Positions 10,601 through 22,490 of a stretch of DNA of 64,000 nucleotides are shown here, one piece after another. A program made the translations under genes and the position numbers. The notes beneath the pieces are model-generated. The model was given only the letters and a program-made list of their open reading frames with translations. It searched no databases and was not told where the DNA came from. How positions within the stretch are numbered: position 1 is the first letter of the stretch; every line of letters starts with the position of its first letter. Source of the stretch: Tubiluchus corallicola (Eukaryota; Animalia; Priapulida); the NCBI GenBank assembly GCA_030141605.1, contig JAQGDQ010000078.1, positions 434,001-498,000 of the forward strand, in the 5' to 3' direction.

Positions 10601-13600
10601 TTTTGGAGGTAGCAGCTTATTCCAGAAATATCAATGCAGTAATAGATTATGATACTTTTAAATTAGTCTAGAATATAATCGTTCATGTTTCACTGGTATA
10701 AACAGGTTTATGAAGACTGTGGCAAGAACAACGAAGAAGACATCAAACTCTGTAACCCGAGGTATCGAGCAGTTGACAAATCTAACGAATGTGTACCACT
10801 CCAAATTTTGTGCAATGACCAAACTTATAGCGACCTAACAGCAGAGATCCTAGAAGAACCTGAAGAACCCGCCATGTGTGAGATACCGGAGCTTCTTGGT
10901 AAGCCAATCTCTTTCACCTTTCAAATCGCTTGAGTCAGAAGCTGCTTAAAGGTAAACTGAACCCAGTCTTAACCTATAGCTCAAAACAATCTACCGTATA
11001 AAATATTGATAGTGAACATAACATTTTTTAAGAGTTAAGTAAAAGAAATATTAGAGCAGAAGCATTATTAAAAAAAAACAGGTACCATAAACAAATCTCA
11101 AGTCATAGGTGTTCATTTGTTCGCATTCACGTTCGAGAGCTCATGCTTGAGCACAGCGGTAAATTTGAAGTTTGAATTTTAAATTTTAAATTTGCCGAGT
11201 TTTTGTATATCACAAAGAATGTTGTACAGTAGCACTGTATTTCAATTTTCACTTTCGCAAACACGTACGGCACGCACGTGAAATGTTTGGGCTGTTAAAA
11301 ATTATTTTCAGTTTTTAACTTATTATTTAATTGTCAGAAACACTTTGACATTATTATAGGTGTTATAATTTGTACGTTTATTGCATTTCAAAATTGAGTA
11401 AGATGTGAAAAATCATTTTGTTTTCCTTTAAGGGCTCTTTTGTCGCAATTGCGGAGAAAGAGCACTGTAAATTTTATGTAGATGTACCAAAAAACCACCA
11501 ACAAAGACCTCTAATCCTCCAACAAGCCATGCTAATGCCATTCAAGTGGTTTTTCTTAAAGCTTATTAAACCGAATTGAAACTTTGTTGAAAATTAACAA
11601 TAAAAAATGAAACACTAGAAAGATTATGGTTCTGGTTAGCAATATTATCATGTACTTATAATTGTTATTTTCCACTCATAATAACTTTCTAATGGTTATC
11701 AATACTTTATTAACAATCTACACCTTCTTTATTAAACTAAGTGGATCAAAAGGATTATTTTCATTAGTCCAATATGCATTACATTCACATTGCTTCGCGG
11801 CTTGAAAACGAGTTTTTTTTCTTCTTCTACAAACATTACGCACGTTGATTCTCTATTGCAAAATGCGCCATCTTGGTAACACAGCTCGAGATTAGATTTT
11901 AACAACTGTTTGTCCGTAATATTCCATTTCATGGCGGGTTGGCAAGGTGAAGATTTCTCAGATTTTTTGCAACAAACTTCGCAAAAATGGTCGGGAGGAT
12001 AGCAAAAGCAGTCTTCGTATCCATTATCTTTACACACAGTACTTGAACATTGACCATCTTTGCAAGTTTTTGCTCCGCTGGCACATGGGCTTCCATCTGG
12101 TAGAGGAAGTGGTGGCGGGCATTCTGCAAACAAACCATCGCAATACGACGTTGACAGGCAGTCTTCTTGTTCAAGACAGGTATAATTGCTGTCAGTTGAA
12201 ATCTGGCAGTTGTCAAGACAACAAGCGTTCTTCTTAGAACAAGAGTATCCAAGCTCTCTTCTGATCTTACATTCTCCTTTTGAGCCTTTTGGAATACAGC
12301 AAGAGTCAGTTTTGTCACATCTATCACTACTTCCGCAATCGCATTCTTCTCCGTTTTCAACAACGCTGTTACCACAAATGGCTTTTTCGTCTTTTTTGAA
12401 ACAATTTGATTTCTCTCTTAAAATGCTAGTAATATATCTTTTGCTGCAAGGTGAAAATGCACTGTTATACTTTGCTGTGTCAATTGTGTACTTTGATCCA
12501 GACATGATGTATCCGGAATAATAGCACAAAGGATTACTTTCATTGTCATGAGGGCTTCCGAGTGCGTGACCTATTTCATGTATTAGTGACCTTACCGAAT
12601 GTTTTCGTGGAATAAACCGCCCCTGGTTAAAAAAAGATATGTATAAAGAATTAAAACTGCGATTAGTTTTATCACTGTGCATGACAACTCTGTGTTGACA
12701 AATTCCTCCCGCCATCGTTGTATGTTTCGGTTTTGCTACCCATGCCAAACCAACTGCACCTGTGCTAAAATCACGGCCGGTTAGTATAATGCCTAAACAA
12801 AATTTACTAAAGTCTGTTCTTGAAACGTTGTACAGATATTGTCCTTGGTTCGTGGCTTTTTTATCAGCGTAATTTCCGGGTTCACCTTCTTTTTCAAAAA
12901 CAGTTATCTTTGCTGCTTTAAACTTCAGTCCATCAGGAATGCCATCTTCATTCATATCAATTTTTTCGTAATGTTTTTCAACTTCACGCATATGATAGAC
13001 TATTTCTGCTAAAGCCCTAAATTTGCTTCCATTGACAACGTTTTCGAAAAATATGTGATCTGATATAACATGTACATAACATACTTTTTTAAGATGATTG
13101 TCACGGTCTTTACGCCACCACTTTATTCTCTTAGCTTGTTGTTGTTGTTCGTAAGTTATATTTCCTGTTTTTAATTCGAAAGCATCAGACATTTCCATTG
13201 TTTTGCACAAATAGTTTTGTGCTGCAACGTCTTCGGCACGAAACACGATGTGCCATTTTTTCATTGCTTCTGTTGCTGGTCTAAAATAATTTGCATATGG
13301 CTCGATATAAAAAATTTCGTCATCAAAATGAGCAACTCCGTCGAATGTTTGATTACAGATTGTGCCGTGTACAAACGACTGAGGGTTTCTCTCTACGTGT
13401 CCTTTGTAAAAAGTGTTATTAGCGTCTTTGTTGATCCCTTTGATGCTTGTCTGTCGGTGTTCATATTCAAGTGACGTTGAGTAAATTTCTTCATCTACGT
13501 CCAGAATTAATTTCAAGTGTCTTCCAAATGCTTTTATGTGCAAGATGATCAAATTCGATCTTAGTTCGCTAGAAACTCCTTCATCAAGTCCAATATTAGT

Positions 13601-14237
13601 TAAAACTTCGTAGTTCGTGAGCCACGGTGGTTTGTCAGAAAAAACTAAAATTATTGACCATAAAACTGCGCTGAAAAGCAAAGTCACTCGTACCAATGCG
13701 CCCAGTGTCATCTTTGTGCCTAGACGGCAGGTTTGGTATTTTTGTTTTGAATTTTTGGAACTTCAGAACGAATTACGTTGAACGTGCGAACAATGAGCAA
13801 TGAAAAATCAAGTACATTTTCGAAATTTTACTTCTTGTAGGCTAAAATGTATATGACAAAACAAAATATGCATATTTGAGTTTTCCCATTTTCCTCCAAT
13901 CTCGGCGAGCTCTGTAATCAAAACCAGTGGCTGAGAATTCTTTGTATTTAAGGAACAGGGTTACCATTATTATAACAAGATGTAAGAGACTATCAATGTC
14001 TATATCTGTCCATAAAACCCTCTAGAGACTAGAGTGAAATGCTGCAATTTGACAGATTTGGCTAACTGCGATTTTTATCAGGCTATATCAAAAGATAGGT
14101 GTATGCATAAGAAGACCCTTTCATGAAGTGCAAATAGTCACTTAGTAGATATTTGAAATGCGTGTGGTAATCATTAGTTGAAATACGCTGAAAAGGGAGG
14201 CACGCGTGTAAAAAGAGAGAGAGAGGGAGAGAAAAAC

Positions 14238-14335
<98 letters not shown>

Positions 14336-17300
14336 GTATTTCTGTACATTAATACAGTTTGGCCAGTTAAACTGTAACCCAATAGATTACGCGAAATTTA
14401 TTATTACCACCTAGATAAAATGGCGGCATTTTAAACGTTTCAGAAAACACGACATTTGAATCTGATGAAAGTGGCAGTCTCCATCACGTTTGTTATGATC
14501 TCCTTTCAGGACATACAGTGAGCAGAAAGACTGTCAGGTAAATATTTTCATCCATAACGGGTTAGGTAACAAGCGATCTTCCCCAGGCTCAGTACAAGCA
14601 GCAATGATTTATTTGTCGAAAAATTTATGTATTTTATGTACCGAAAATATAATTATTTTGTACGAAATTAAAATATATTGTTTTTTTTTACAATAATTTA
14701 TTTTTCTATTACCAATGCATTCATACTTTTTATGCAAATACTGCCACCGATAAGAAAATGTAGAATCTTCAAAACATCTCTCATTGACAAAAATGAAAGT
14801 GTTCAAGAAAAATTTATGTGCAGCATTCCGAAGAAAATATGTCAACTATAGCAAATCCTTTTTCAGGTGAAATCCTTGTTAATGATATGAATGTCAAAAG
14901 ACATGACTCAGACTGCTGCACTGTTATAATTTGAAATGTGGCATTTAACCTACTACCGTTATCCATTATCATTTATTTCGACATTCATTGCCTATTACAA
15001 CGCATTTCATTGCAATAACACTCACATGTCATGTCACTTAATGTCAAACAATATAGTTAAGGTGGTAGCCATTTTTGCAAAATGAAACCAAAATGAAGTG
15101 AAAATGTCACAACCATTAAAGACTCTTGTATGGCGAATAAGGCAGCTTATATCGTGTGTATTATCAAGTAGGAAAGTATCAGGCATCATCAAGGCATAGG
15201 CTAGCATAGTCTATAGCATATGCAGTCTATGGTCCATCAAGCTTGGGGGGGGGTCAAGCTTTGGGTAACATTTGGTAAAAAATCCTTTTCTTCGCTGCGG
15301 TTGAAATATGAGAAAATTTGATTTGCAATAAATAGTAAAATGGTGGTATTTATTGAAGAATATTTTTATTGACAAAGAAAAGATAACTATGTTAGTTTAT
15401 TTAAAGAATTTTCAATAAGTTTATTTTTCAAGCTATGTAAATGTCGCCAAAATATATATCGAGTAAAAATATTCAATATAAGTGCGGGTGAGTTAGGGGT
15501 GGCTCCGCCTGAGAAGGCTTTTTAATTTCATTAGCCTAAGGGCCTAAAGGGATCGTTGTCCAGCCCTGGGCATTATAAAAAGTATATAGCACATTTTATT
15601 GCAGGTATGATGGAAAACGCAAAGGACACATTGACTCTACCGAGTACGACACTACCCTTACGCCATATCGTGACTGCCGATGGGTACTTGACTTCTCCAA
15701 CATTCCGTATGGAACCAAGCGGACCAGAATGTTAGAGATACAAAAACTCATAGTTAACATACCAGTTGCTTCAAGTGGAACGCGTTTGGAAATTAGAGGT
15801 TAGTGGTTTCTTACACCGTCCGCTACTAAAAGATGGTACTGTGTGATCTGGATTATACTACTATTTGTAAGGTATTAAATAAAGGGGAAGAAAAGTGAAT
15901 TTTAAAGTGTATCCCAGAACTTTCCATGCAAATTATGTAATTTAGCATCACGCTTATCTGTTTGAAGGACTTACGTAATTGAAAAGAAATTTCGTAAAAA
16001 ATTAAAATGTTCATGCCAAAATGGTAAAACGTCGCTGTATCACCATCTCGGTGACTCACCAATAAAACACATTATTGATCTCATTAACAATATAGAGTAA
16101 TTTAAACTTTTACCTGGCTATTGGGTGTGTGCTACCAATGCTCTAAATATGTTTTCAAATTTTGCAAAATGTTATCTAAACTTGTTTCAATTGACTGTTT
16201 CAATTAAAAAGGCTTCGCCTAACGGTCATTTAGGGAGTTTAACTTCTCAAGTTTTACACAGTATTGCTGCTCGCGCAACCCCTCTACGCAATAAATATAA
16301 TAAGCATAATAATATTTTAAAGTAACAAAACAGTCTCAAAGTATAAGGCAATGCAGGTGTGCAGTTTATTAGGGACAGACTTTTGCTACAAGTAAGCATT
16401 ATTCGGATCTGTAAAAAACAGGATAATTGCTTCTAGCTACAAATATTACAAAGTTATTACAGATATTACTAAAAGTTTGAACAGTTTAAACATGTAAAAT
16501 TAGAATAAAAATTATGTGAACTTACACTTAGTAACATCTATTATTTCACGAATGAGCATGCAAAAGACAGCCGGTAGAAACCAGTTTGAAGCCAGGTATG
16601 TACGCGAATCCAAGGGCTAGACCAACTACTACGATGACTACGACTATGACTATGACTATGATTATGACTATGATTATGATTATGGCTATGGAACACATTT
16701 GGAAATTTATGACTATGACTATGACCATGACTATGACTATGACTATGACTATGACTATGACTATGACTATGACTATGACTATGACTATGACTATGACTAT
16801 GATATGACTATGACTATGATTATAATTATGACTATTATTATGTCTATGAAATGACGACTATTATAACTATTACTATGATAAAGACTGTTGTTCTTACTAT
16901 TACTGTCACTGTATAAAATTTGAATAACGGAAGAAAACAGATATATTCTAGAAGTCATTGGTACCTTCCAAGTTCTGTTTTCACCTATTGCTCTATATAG
17001 AGATGGTGTTTTATAAAGTAAAGGAGCTTCTAATGCAGTTTCCAGTTATAATATAATATTAACCATTCTTCGCACGACCATCTCAACATGTTTTGCTTCA
17101 GATTCAGTATGTCTTTACACGAACACCACGTGTGGGCCACCACAAGCCGTGTGGACGAAATCAGGAGTGACCACACTTCTCCGAACTGGTACAAAGCCGA
17201 ATCACGTTGTCTCTGTTCGATTCGTTATTTATCCATTACCCGAGGGTGAACCAGTTGACGACGTATTTGGCACTGTCCAAGGATTTCATTTGCGATGGAA

Positions 17301-18790
17301 ATACGTCCATACACGTGAGTATTTTCTATGTTAGGGTTGTTTTTACTGAAGGGAGCCATTTATAAAATCACTCGGTTACAACTGATGATGGAGTTATAAA
17401 TAAATAAATACCACGAAATCAAATTGATTATTTGATTAGAAACGATGACATATGTTCTTATTTTAATTTTATTCACGTTTGTATCGCGATGTATCCACTT
17501 TTTAGATTTTCGGGGGGGGGTCTAAAAGAGTAAGAGTTTTTCTAGCTAATTTCTTGTAGAGAAACAAGAACAATATTTTCGTGAGTAGTTTCCACATTTT
17601 TATTTGGGGAGTAATCATAAGGGGAAAAGTGTCGAGAAAATTGGCTTTACGTAAATTGCTAGACATTTTGCAAAGGTGGAAATGAGCAAGGATTTTCAGC
17701 AGCAAGAGAGGAAATGGCTGCCATAAATAACCACCACGTAATGTAACAGCTTCCCTCGTAGATCACTTCTCCATTTTGTTCTATTCTTAAGAGCTTTAGC
17801 ATTGTTAATGATTTTTATGTCTATGTTACAGCTGAATATCTGAGTGATCAGATATTCCATTCCCCCATGATGCCGGTGTATGTGGCGGCACTTGCCATTA
17901 TTGTGGTATTCCCCATTGGCTGTATTGTCTACTGCATAGCATGTAGAGGCAAAGGAACGTAAGTACGTGCGTTTGTGTGAATGCGTTTGTTTGCATTAAT
18001 AGGTTATAATAAACGAGTACCATTTACACACAGTGTTCTCGCTATTTTTTTGATTAGGTGATAAAATATTTATTTGCGGATAAAGATTTTTCTGTCAATA
18101 GTGAACTGTGTTCACAAAAATCGTCATTACGTTGTAAAGGAAACATTATTACTTACTGGCACTTTATTCATACAACCGAAATTAACTATTTCGAAATGAA
18201 GCAGTAGAGTTTCTGACATGTGACGGATTCCCTTCATCTTTCATCTCCTTTTCTTTTGTTTGTCTTTCTCTTTTTTCTTCTCTTCTTCTCCCTTCCCTTT
18301 CCTTCTCTTCCCTCCGCTCGCCTCGCCTCCTCTTCTCTTTTTTCCTCTCATCCCCTCCCTCTCGTCTCTTTTCTTCTCATTTCCTCTTCTTTTCTCTGTC
18401 TCTTCCCTTTCCTTCTCCCCTCTCTCTCTGTTTCTCACTCTCTATGGTTGCTATATCTCTCTCCTTTGCTCTCGCTATTATTCCTTGTGTACGTGTCTAT
18501 CTACCAACTAGCCAATCTGTCTGTCCGTCCTGCTATCTACTCTGTTTTTCTTTTCGTGCCTGATTACCACCACAGTCCAGGCTTTTTGGCATTTCATTTC
18601 ACGATTATTGGTCTACGAGCACATTCGTACAGATAAATTTAGTTTACAACTAAATTTACTATGCGAAAGTTTAGATTTGTCTTGTTTTTTCAGTGATCGA
18701 GAGAAGGAACGTAGAGAGGATGAAGAAGCAGTGAAACCACAACAACTGCATGATGCTGTCGGTTCAGACTCTGAACTTGACAAGTTATAA
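7637..18790 (+). CDS. Type I membrane receptor, SRCR + SRCR-like + CUB + TM + short acidic tail (~482 aa, 5'-partial)
   Basis: Exons 7637-7786, 9342-9539, 10229-10476, 10706-10898, 14510-14537, 15605-15798, 17102-17314, 17832-17958 and 18694-18790 are all GT-AG, phase-consistent and stop-free. SRCR1: VRLHGGTEKVGRLQI..WRDVC..ADLVCRELG..GVGIAC. CUB: GHIDS..DCRWVL..GFHLRW. TM: VYVAALAIIVVFPIGCIVYCIAC. Tail ends ELDKL*. Start exon not located. Confidence 0.85.
7960..8345 (+). repeat. Purine-rich (A/G) low-complexity tract
   Basis: GAAA/GAAG-rich; source of the spurious F/L/S-rich minus-strand ORFs. Confidence 0.8.
8650..9162. mobile_element. Second copy of Kolobok-like MITE family A
   Basis: Shares TGGGCGCTCC, TTTTCCACCAATG and GCTTACG.AAAG blocks and the ACTTGTCC.TTCCTTTAA end with 1572-2125. 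Confidence 0.6.
10946..11431. mobile_element. TTAA-flanked Kolobok-like MITE family B (reverse orientation)
   Basis: Ends TTAAAGGTAAACTG / GTTTTCCTTTAA; interior is the reverse complement of the copies at 32070-33169 and 57860-58472. Confidence 0.65.
11732..13711 (-). CDS. ADAM10: Intronless ADAM10/kuzbanian-like disintegrin metalloprotease, 659 aa, without cytoplasmic tail
   Basis: Signal peptide, prodomain with a candidate Cys-switch cysteine (YLCK), basic KRIKWWRKDR processing site, RDFSTGAVGLAWV and GGIC motifs (ADAM10-like), zinc site HEIGHALGSPHD, Met-turn YIMS, disintegrin CGNSVVENGEECDCG and Cys-rich domain. AATAAA overlaps the stop. Symbol means family member; orthology is not shown. 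Confidence 0.9.
   Translation of the reverse strand: MTLGALVRVTLLFSAVLWSIILVFSDKPPWLTNYEVLTNIGLDEGVSSELRSNLIILHIKAFGRHLKLILDVDEEIYSTSLEYEHRQTSIKGINKDANNTFYKGHVERNPQSFVHGTICNQTFDGVAHFDDEIFYIEPYANYFRPATEAMKKWHIVFRAEDVAAQNYLCKTMEMSDAFELKTGNITYEQQQQAKRIKWWRKDRDNHLKKVCYVHVISDHIFFENVVNGSKFRALAEIVYHMREVEKHYEKIDMNEDGIPDGLKFKAAKITVFEKEGEPGNYADKKATNQGQYLYNVSRTDFSKFCLGIILTGRDFSTGAVGLAWVAKPKHTTMAGGICQHRVVMHSDKTNRSFNSLYISFFNQGRFIPRKHSVRSLIHEIGHALGSPHDNESNPLCYYSGYIMSGSKYTIDTAKYNSAFSPCSKRYITSILREKSNCFKKDEKAICGNSVVENGEECDCGSSDRCDKTDSCCIPKGSKGECKIRRELGYSCSKKNACCLDNCQISTDSNYTCLEQEDCLSTSYCDGLFAECPPPLPLPDGSPCASGAKTCKDGQCSSTVCKDNGYEDCFCYPPDHFCEVCCKKSEKSSPCQPAMKWNITDKQLLKSNLELCYQDGAFCNRESTCVMFVEEEKKLVFKPRSNVNVMHIGLMKIILLIHLV
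14213..14331 (+). repeat. (GA)n microsatellite
   Basis: Seen directly; ~500 bp upstream of the ADAM start codon. Confidence 0.95.
16630..16880 (+). repeat. (ATGACT)n hexanucleotide microsatellite
   Basis: Seen directly; intronic. Confidence 0.9.
18230..18470 (+). repeat. Pyrimidine-rich (CT) low-complexity tract
   Basis: Seen directly; intronic. Confidence 0.8.
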
Positions 18791-19484
18791 TCAAAGCATT
18801 CGCCTCTAATGAGATTTAAAAATAGTCAAAACTTATACATAACGCTTGCACGTTCTGTCGAAAAATCAGACAAATTTTGCTCAGTTGTCTACTCGTTACT
18901 CAATGTAGTCTCTGCATTAGAGTAGAGGCTTTGTACTGTAAAAGCTTAGGTCACACATGAACGTTTTATTTTTACTTAAAATAGAAAATGGAAATGGAGA
19001 TAATGAATTTAAAATAAGTATTTTCGGTTAAAATCGCATGTATAAAAACCAAATTTTGGCAAGCACTTTCACCTGCTATCAATCATCGTGGGATAAAATG
19101 TGAAAAAGAGATCTTTTGACAAAATCTAATTCTTGATCACATGTCAGTCTTCAAACTTGTAGATTCATGACAACAGCCATCTTAGTTTCTACAAACGATC
19201 GAACGTGTTGTTCCCATCTGCCTTCTGTTTGTTTGTATTTACTAAATTCTTATAGAACAGAACTGATGCCGAAATATACAGTCAAAGTAGTTTTGTGCTC
19301 CGATTTTGTTTACATTCCTAATCACCAATGAATAATATTTATTGTTTAAAGAGAAAGCCTGTTGTTCGTGACGAACTAGCACTATAAGTTTATAACAGAT
19401 TAAGCGATATTTATTAATTTTCGTTTGAGCTATAATGTGCATGTACTTTTTGATATAAATGTTTGTGAAAAGGTTAGGGAACAG

Positions 19485-19685
19485 AAAAGAAGGAAAGAAA
19501 AGAGAAGAGAAAAGAGAAGAGAAAAGGAGAGGAGAGGAGACAAGAGGAGAGGAGAGGAGAGAAGAGAAGAGAAGAGAAGAGAAGAGGAGAGGAGAGGAGA
19601 GGAGAGGAGAGGAGAGGAGAGGAGAGGAGAGGAGAGGAGAGGAGAGGAGAGGAGAGAAGAGGAGAGAAGAGGAGAGAAGAGAAGA
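19485..19685 (+). repeat. (GGAGA/GAAGA)n pentanucleotide microsatellite
   Basis: Seen directly. Confidence 0.9.
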
Positions 19686-21189
19686 TTAGCTTAACACTGA
19701 TCTGGAAAGCACACACGTCACCTACATGAGCACACATCAGTAGTTTCATTTGACTTTAGACATGTGCTATCATGTTTATTCAATCAAGCGTTATTATCAA
19801 CGCGAAACCATAGGAAAACTTGCAGTAGCATAAGTATCGATGCGAGCAAGCCTATTAGGTGCATTACGATAGATAAAAATTTATATTGAAATATAAAAAT
19901 GGTAACTTTACTATATAAATAATATTAAATGTTGTAAGTTCTAACTTGTATAGCAGAGCTAACTATAAACTATGCTAGTCCTTGTATATTGTAGCAATTT
20001 AATGTAAATTCAGCGATGATAGCTAGCGTGTAATGTGATGTAGATCTAATTGCTACCATTATTGTACAGCAATGTGTTTTAATTTGCTTCTGTTGACGCG
20101 GTTTTGGTAAAACGTGGGAAAAACATTTTTGTGTCAATTAACCATAATCATCCACATTCCGTTTCTGAGCTATCTCGTATTATGCTTAAATGTATTAAAA
20201 CGAAAGGAAATAATTTTTGTATTGTATTCTATTTTTTCTTTTTTCTTTTTGTTTTAGTCTTCGTAGCAAAAATGTTTTTTTGTGAATGTATGAACCATTG
20301 CTAAGTTGAAACTCATCAGGCTAATGTAAATTATGTATATTAATAATCAGAATATTTACTCAACTTTCTTACTGTCCAGTCTTGTGTTTCTCTACGTATT
20401 TGTTGAATTCATTTTGTAAATTATTTTGACAATAGACACGACAAATATCGTACGTTTTATATTTTTTATTCTGTACACATGCTGTGGGCATAGATTGTAG
20501 ATTATATTTATAAAATTCGTGTACGTTTGAATTGTTGCTTTTGTGTTATACGGTGTTGCTATTGTAGGTTGTGACCTGTAATCGTTAATATATGCTAAAA
20601 TAATAGAATAAAATAATAAAAAGTCTGTAGAATTAGCGAGTTAAAACGAGTTGCTGCCATAGAGCGATTTTATCCTTACCATCTGTCAAGTATTGTATAC
20701 ATAATTGTATCGTTGCTTAATTACTCTGAAAGCATTCATTAGCGCAAAATCAAGCTACTAATTTTGTGCGTTATCCATAAAAAACATTTAGCTCTACACG
20801 CTGGGAACCTTGTCGTCGCTTTCGTTGACTTTAGTACCGACGTACAAACAATTATAATATTAATATTATGCATGGAAAGTATGGGCTTAACGTGATTGAT
20901 GTAAAATTAAAAAGTGGTGATCATGTTATAATTATGGTAATTAGTAGTGGTGTAGTAGATTTTAATTATAGTTCGTTCATGAAATATTATACTATTTATT
21001 ATAACAAATTATATATAACAGGCCTATAATTTGCTGTTTACTGTGCAGCGTGTTTTATCGGTGGGTTTTAAATACTGCATAATATTTACCTTTTCTATTT
21101 TTATTACAGCATTGTGTTTCAAATGATAAATAAACCGTATAGTCATAAACTAATCTTCTTTGTATGCAATGTTCAATGCATGTGCGCAC

Positions 21190-22490
21190 CTAGGTCTTCA
21201 AAGCACCTGCGCCCCGTAAATCCCTGTTAGTCTGACAGCTCAGATAAAAGTCGGCCCTTATTCTCAGTCGCGTTTCTCTGTCTGTTTGTCTGTCTGTGCA
21301 TGCTACTTGTCGAGGATTGCTGTTTCTACGTAACTTCACAGCGAGTGGGGTCTGAGTTCTAGTGCGGGAAAAAATTTGGTTATCATGGACACTGCGGTTG
21401 CCTAGCAATGGAGAAAACGCTTCTTGGTGCTTTTGTGGCTTCAAAATCTCTTTGCTCCAAAAGGAACGCCTGTGGCGCCTCACATAATTATACAGAGCGA
21501 TTTTTTATATTTTTGTCTTTAAGAAAATGTAATTGGTCTTAATGAGTGAAAGTTCATGAAGAGGCAATTAATTTTCAACAGTTTAAGCTCTGAAGTTATT
21601 CACAGCTAAAATTTCTAATTCATTATAGCGGATTCTAAGACAAAAAAATACAAAAATAAAGACAACATTCATGTCGCTCATTTAACAGACAACATTAGTA
21701 CTAAAAGCTATTTAGCGACTTACAACAATACAGGTAAGGACGCAGTACACAAACAAAGAATAACATGTAGGATATATCCAGCCGGTAGAGTCGAACTCAA
21801 GACTGCGTGATTGGACTATGAAAGCTAGGCTACTCGTCCACCCGACCCGCCAGCAGCTCCAGTAATGTGTACTATACCTAATCGATTGTCTGAGAGAATT
21901 TTGTCATTTTTTGCCCATAAGAAGAGACAATTCTCTATTGTACGAGTAAAAGTTCGTTAAGAAAAAATAAATTTTCAAATGCCTGAAATTCTGAGATTAT
22001 TCATAGCTAGTGACAGCAAATGAGGTAAAAATTAATTTTTTGAATGATTATGAATGATAGTATGATGAAATACGAACTAAAAATTTGTTTGCTATGGTGA
22101 CGACAGCTTTGTTGCAAAGGCCAAGAACTTAAACTTTAAAAAATGTCTGATGTGGAAAAAATTTTCTGGCTTCAAGATATATCTCCTCCAAAACCGCTGT
22201 GATAAAAGACGAAAATGGGCACTGTGATATGTTAGATAATTGCCTAAAAGTTGGCCAAACTTTGCAATTTATCGGTGTATCTATTCGCCGGCCTGTCTGC
22301 GTTTTTTCGCCAATTCTCTGAGATACACTGATTCCATTCTAGTCACACTTGCAAAAGCAGATGGGGTCTGAGCCCTATTCGTACAGTCGAAAATTTTGGT
22401 GACCACAGTTGCCTAGCAACGGCTGAAAAACTTCCAAAATTAGTACTTTTCTGCTTCAAAATCTATCTTCTCCAAAATTGCTGAAGAACT
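21190..22490. mobile_element. Two related fragments of an interspersed DNA repeat (possibly Helentron/DINE-1-like)
   Basis: 21340-21465 and 22360-22480 share TGGGGTCTGAG..GTTGCCTAGCAA..GCTTCAAAATCT..CTCCAAAA. The first copy carries GTCT-type microsatellite repeats. Confidence 0.45.

Noticed and set aside
11929-13474. Short ORFs overlapping the ADAM gene
   Set aside because: Alternative-frame or antisense shadows of a real CDS.
17380-17430. CTGATGA..GAAA hammerhead-like string
   Set aside because: The stem II closing pair mismatches and there is no stem III or cleavage triplet.
16586-19749. MTMT, ERRG and SSPLL repeat ORFs; repeats considered as CRISPR-like arrays
   Set aside because: Simple tandem repeats without unique spacers, in a eukaryotic context with no cas genes.
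21780-21855. tRNA-like sequence on the minus strand
   Set aside because: Only a B-box-like GAGTTCGACTC is present; no cloverleaf. At most a decayed SINE head.
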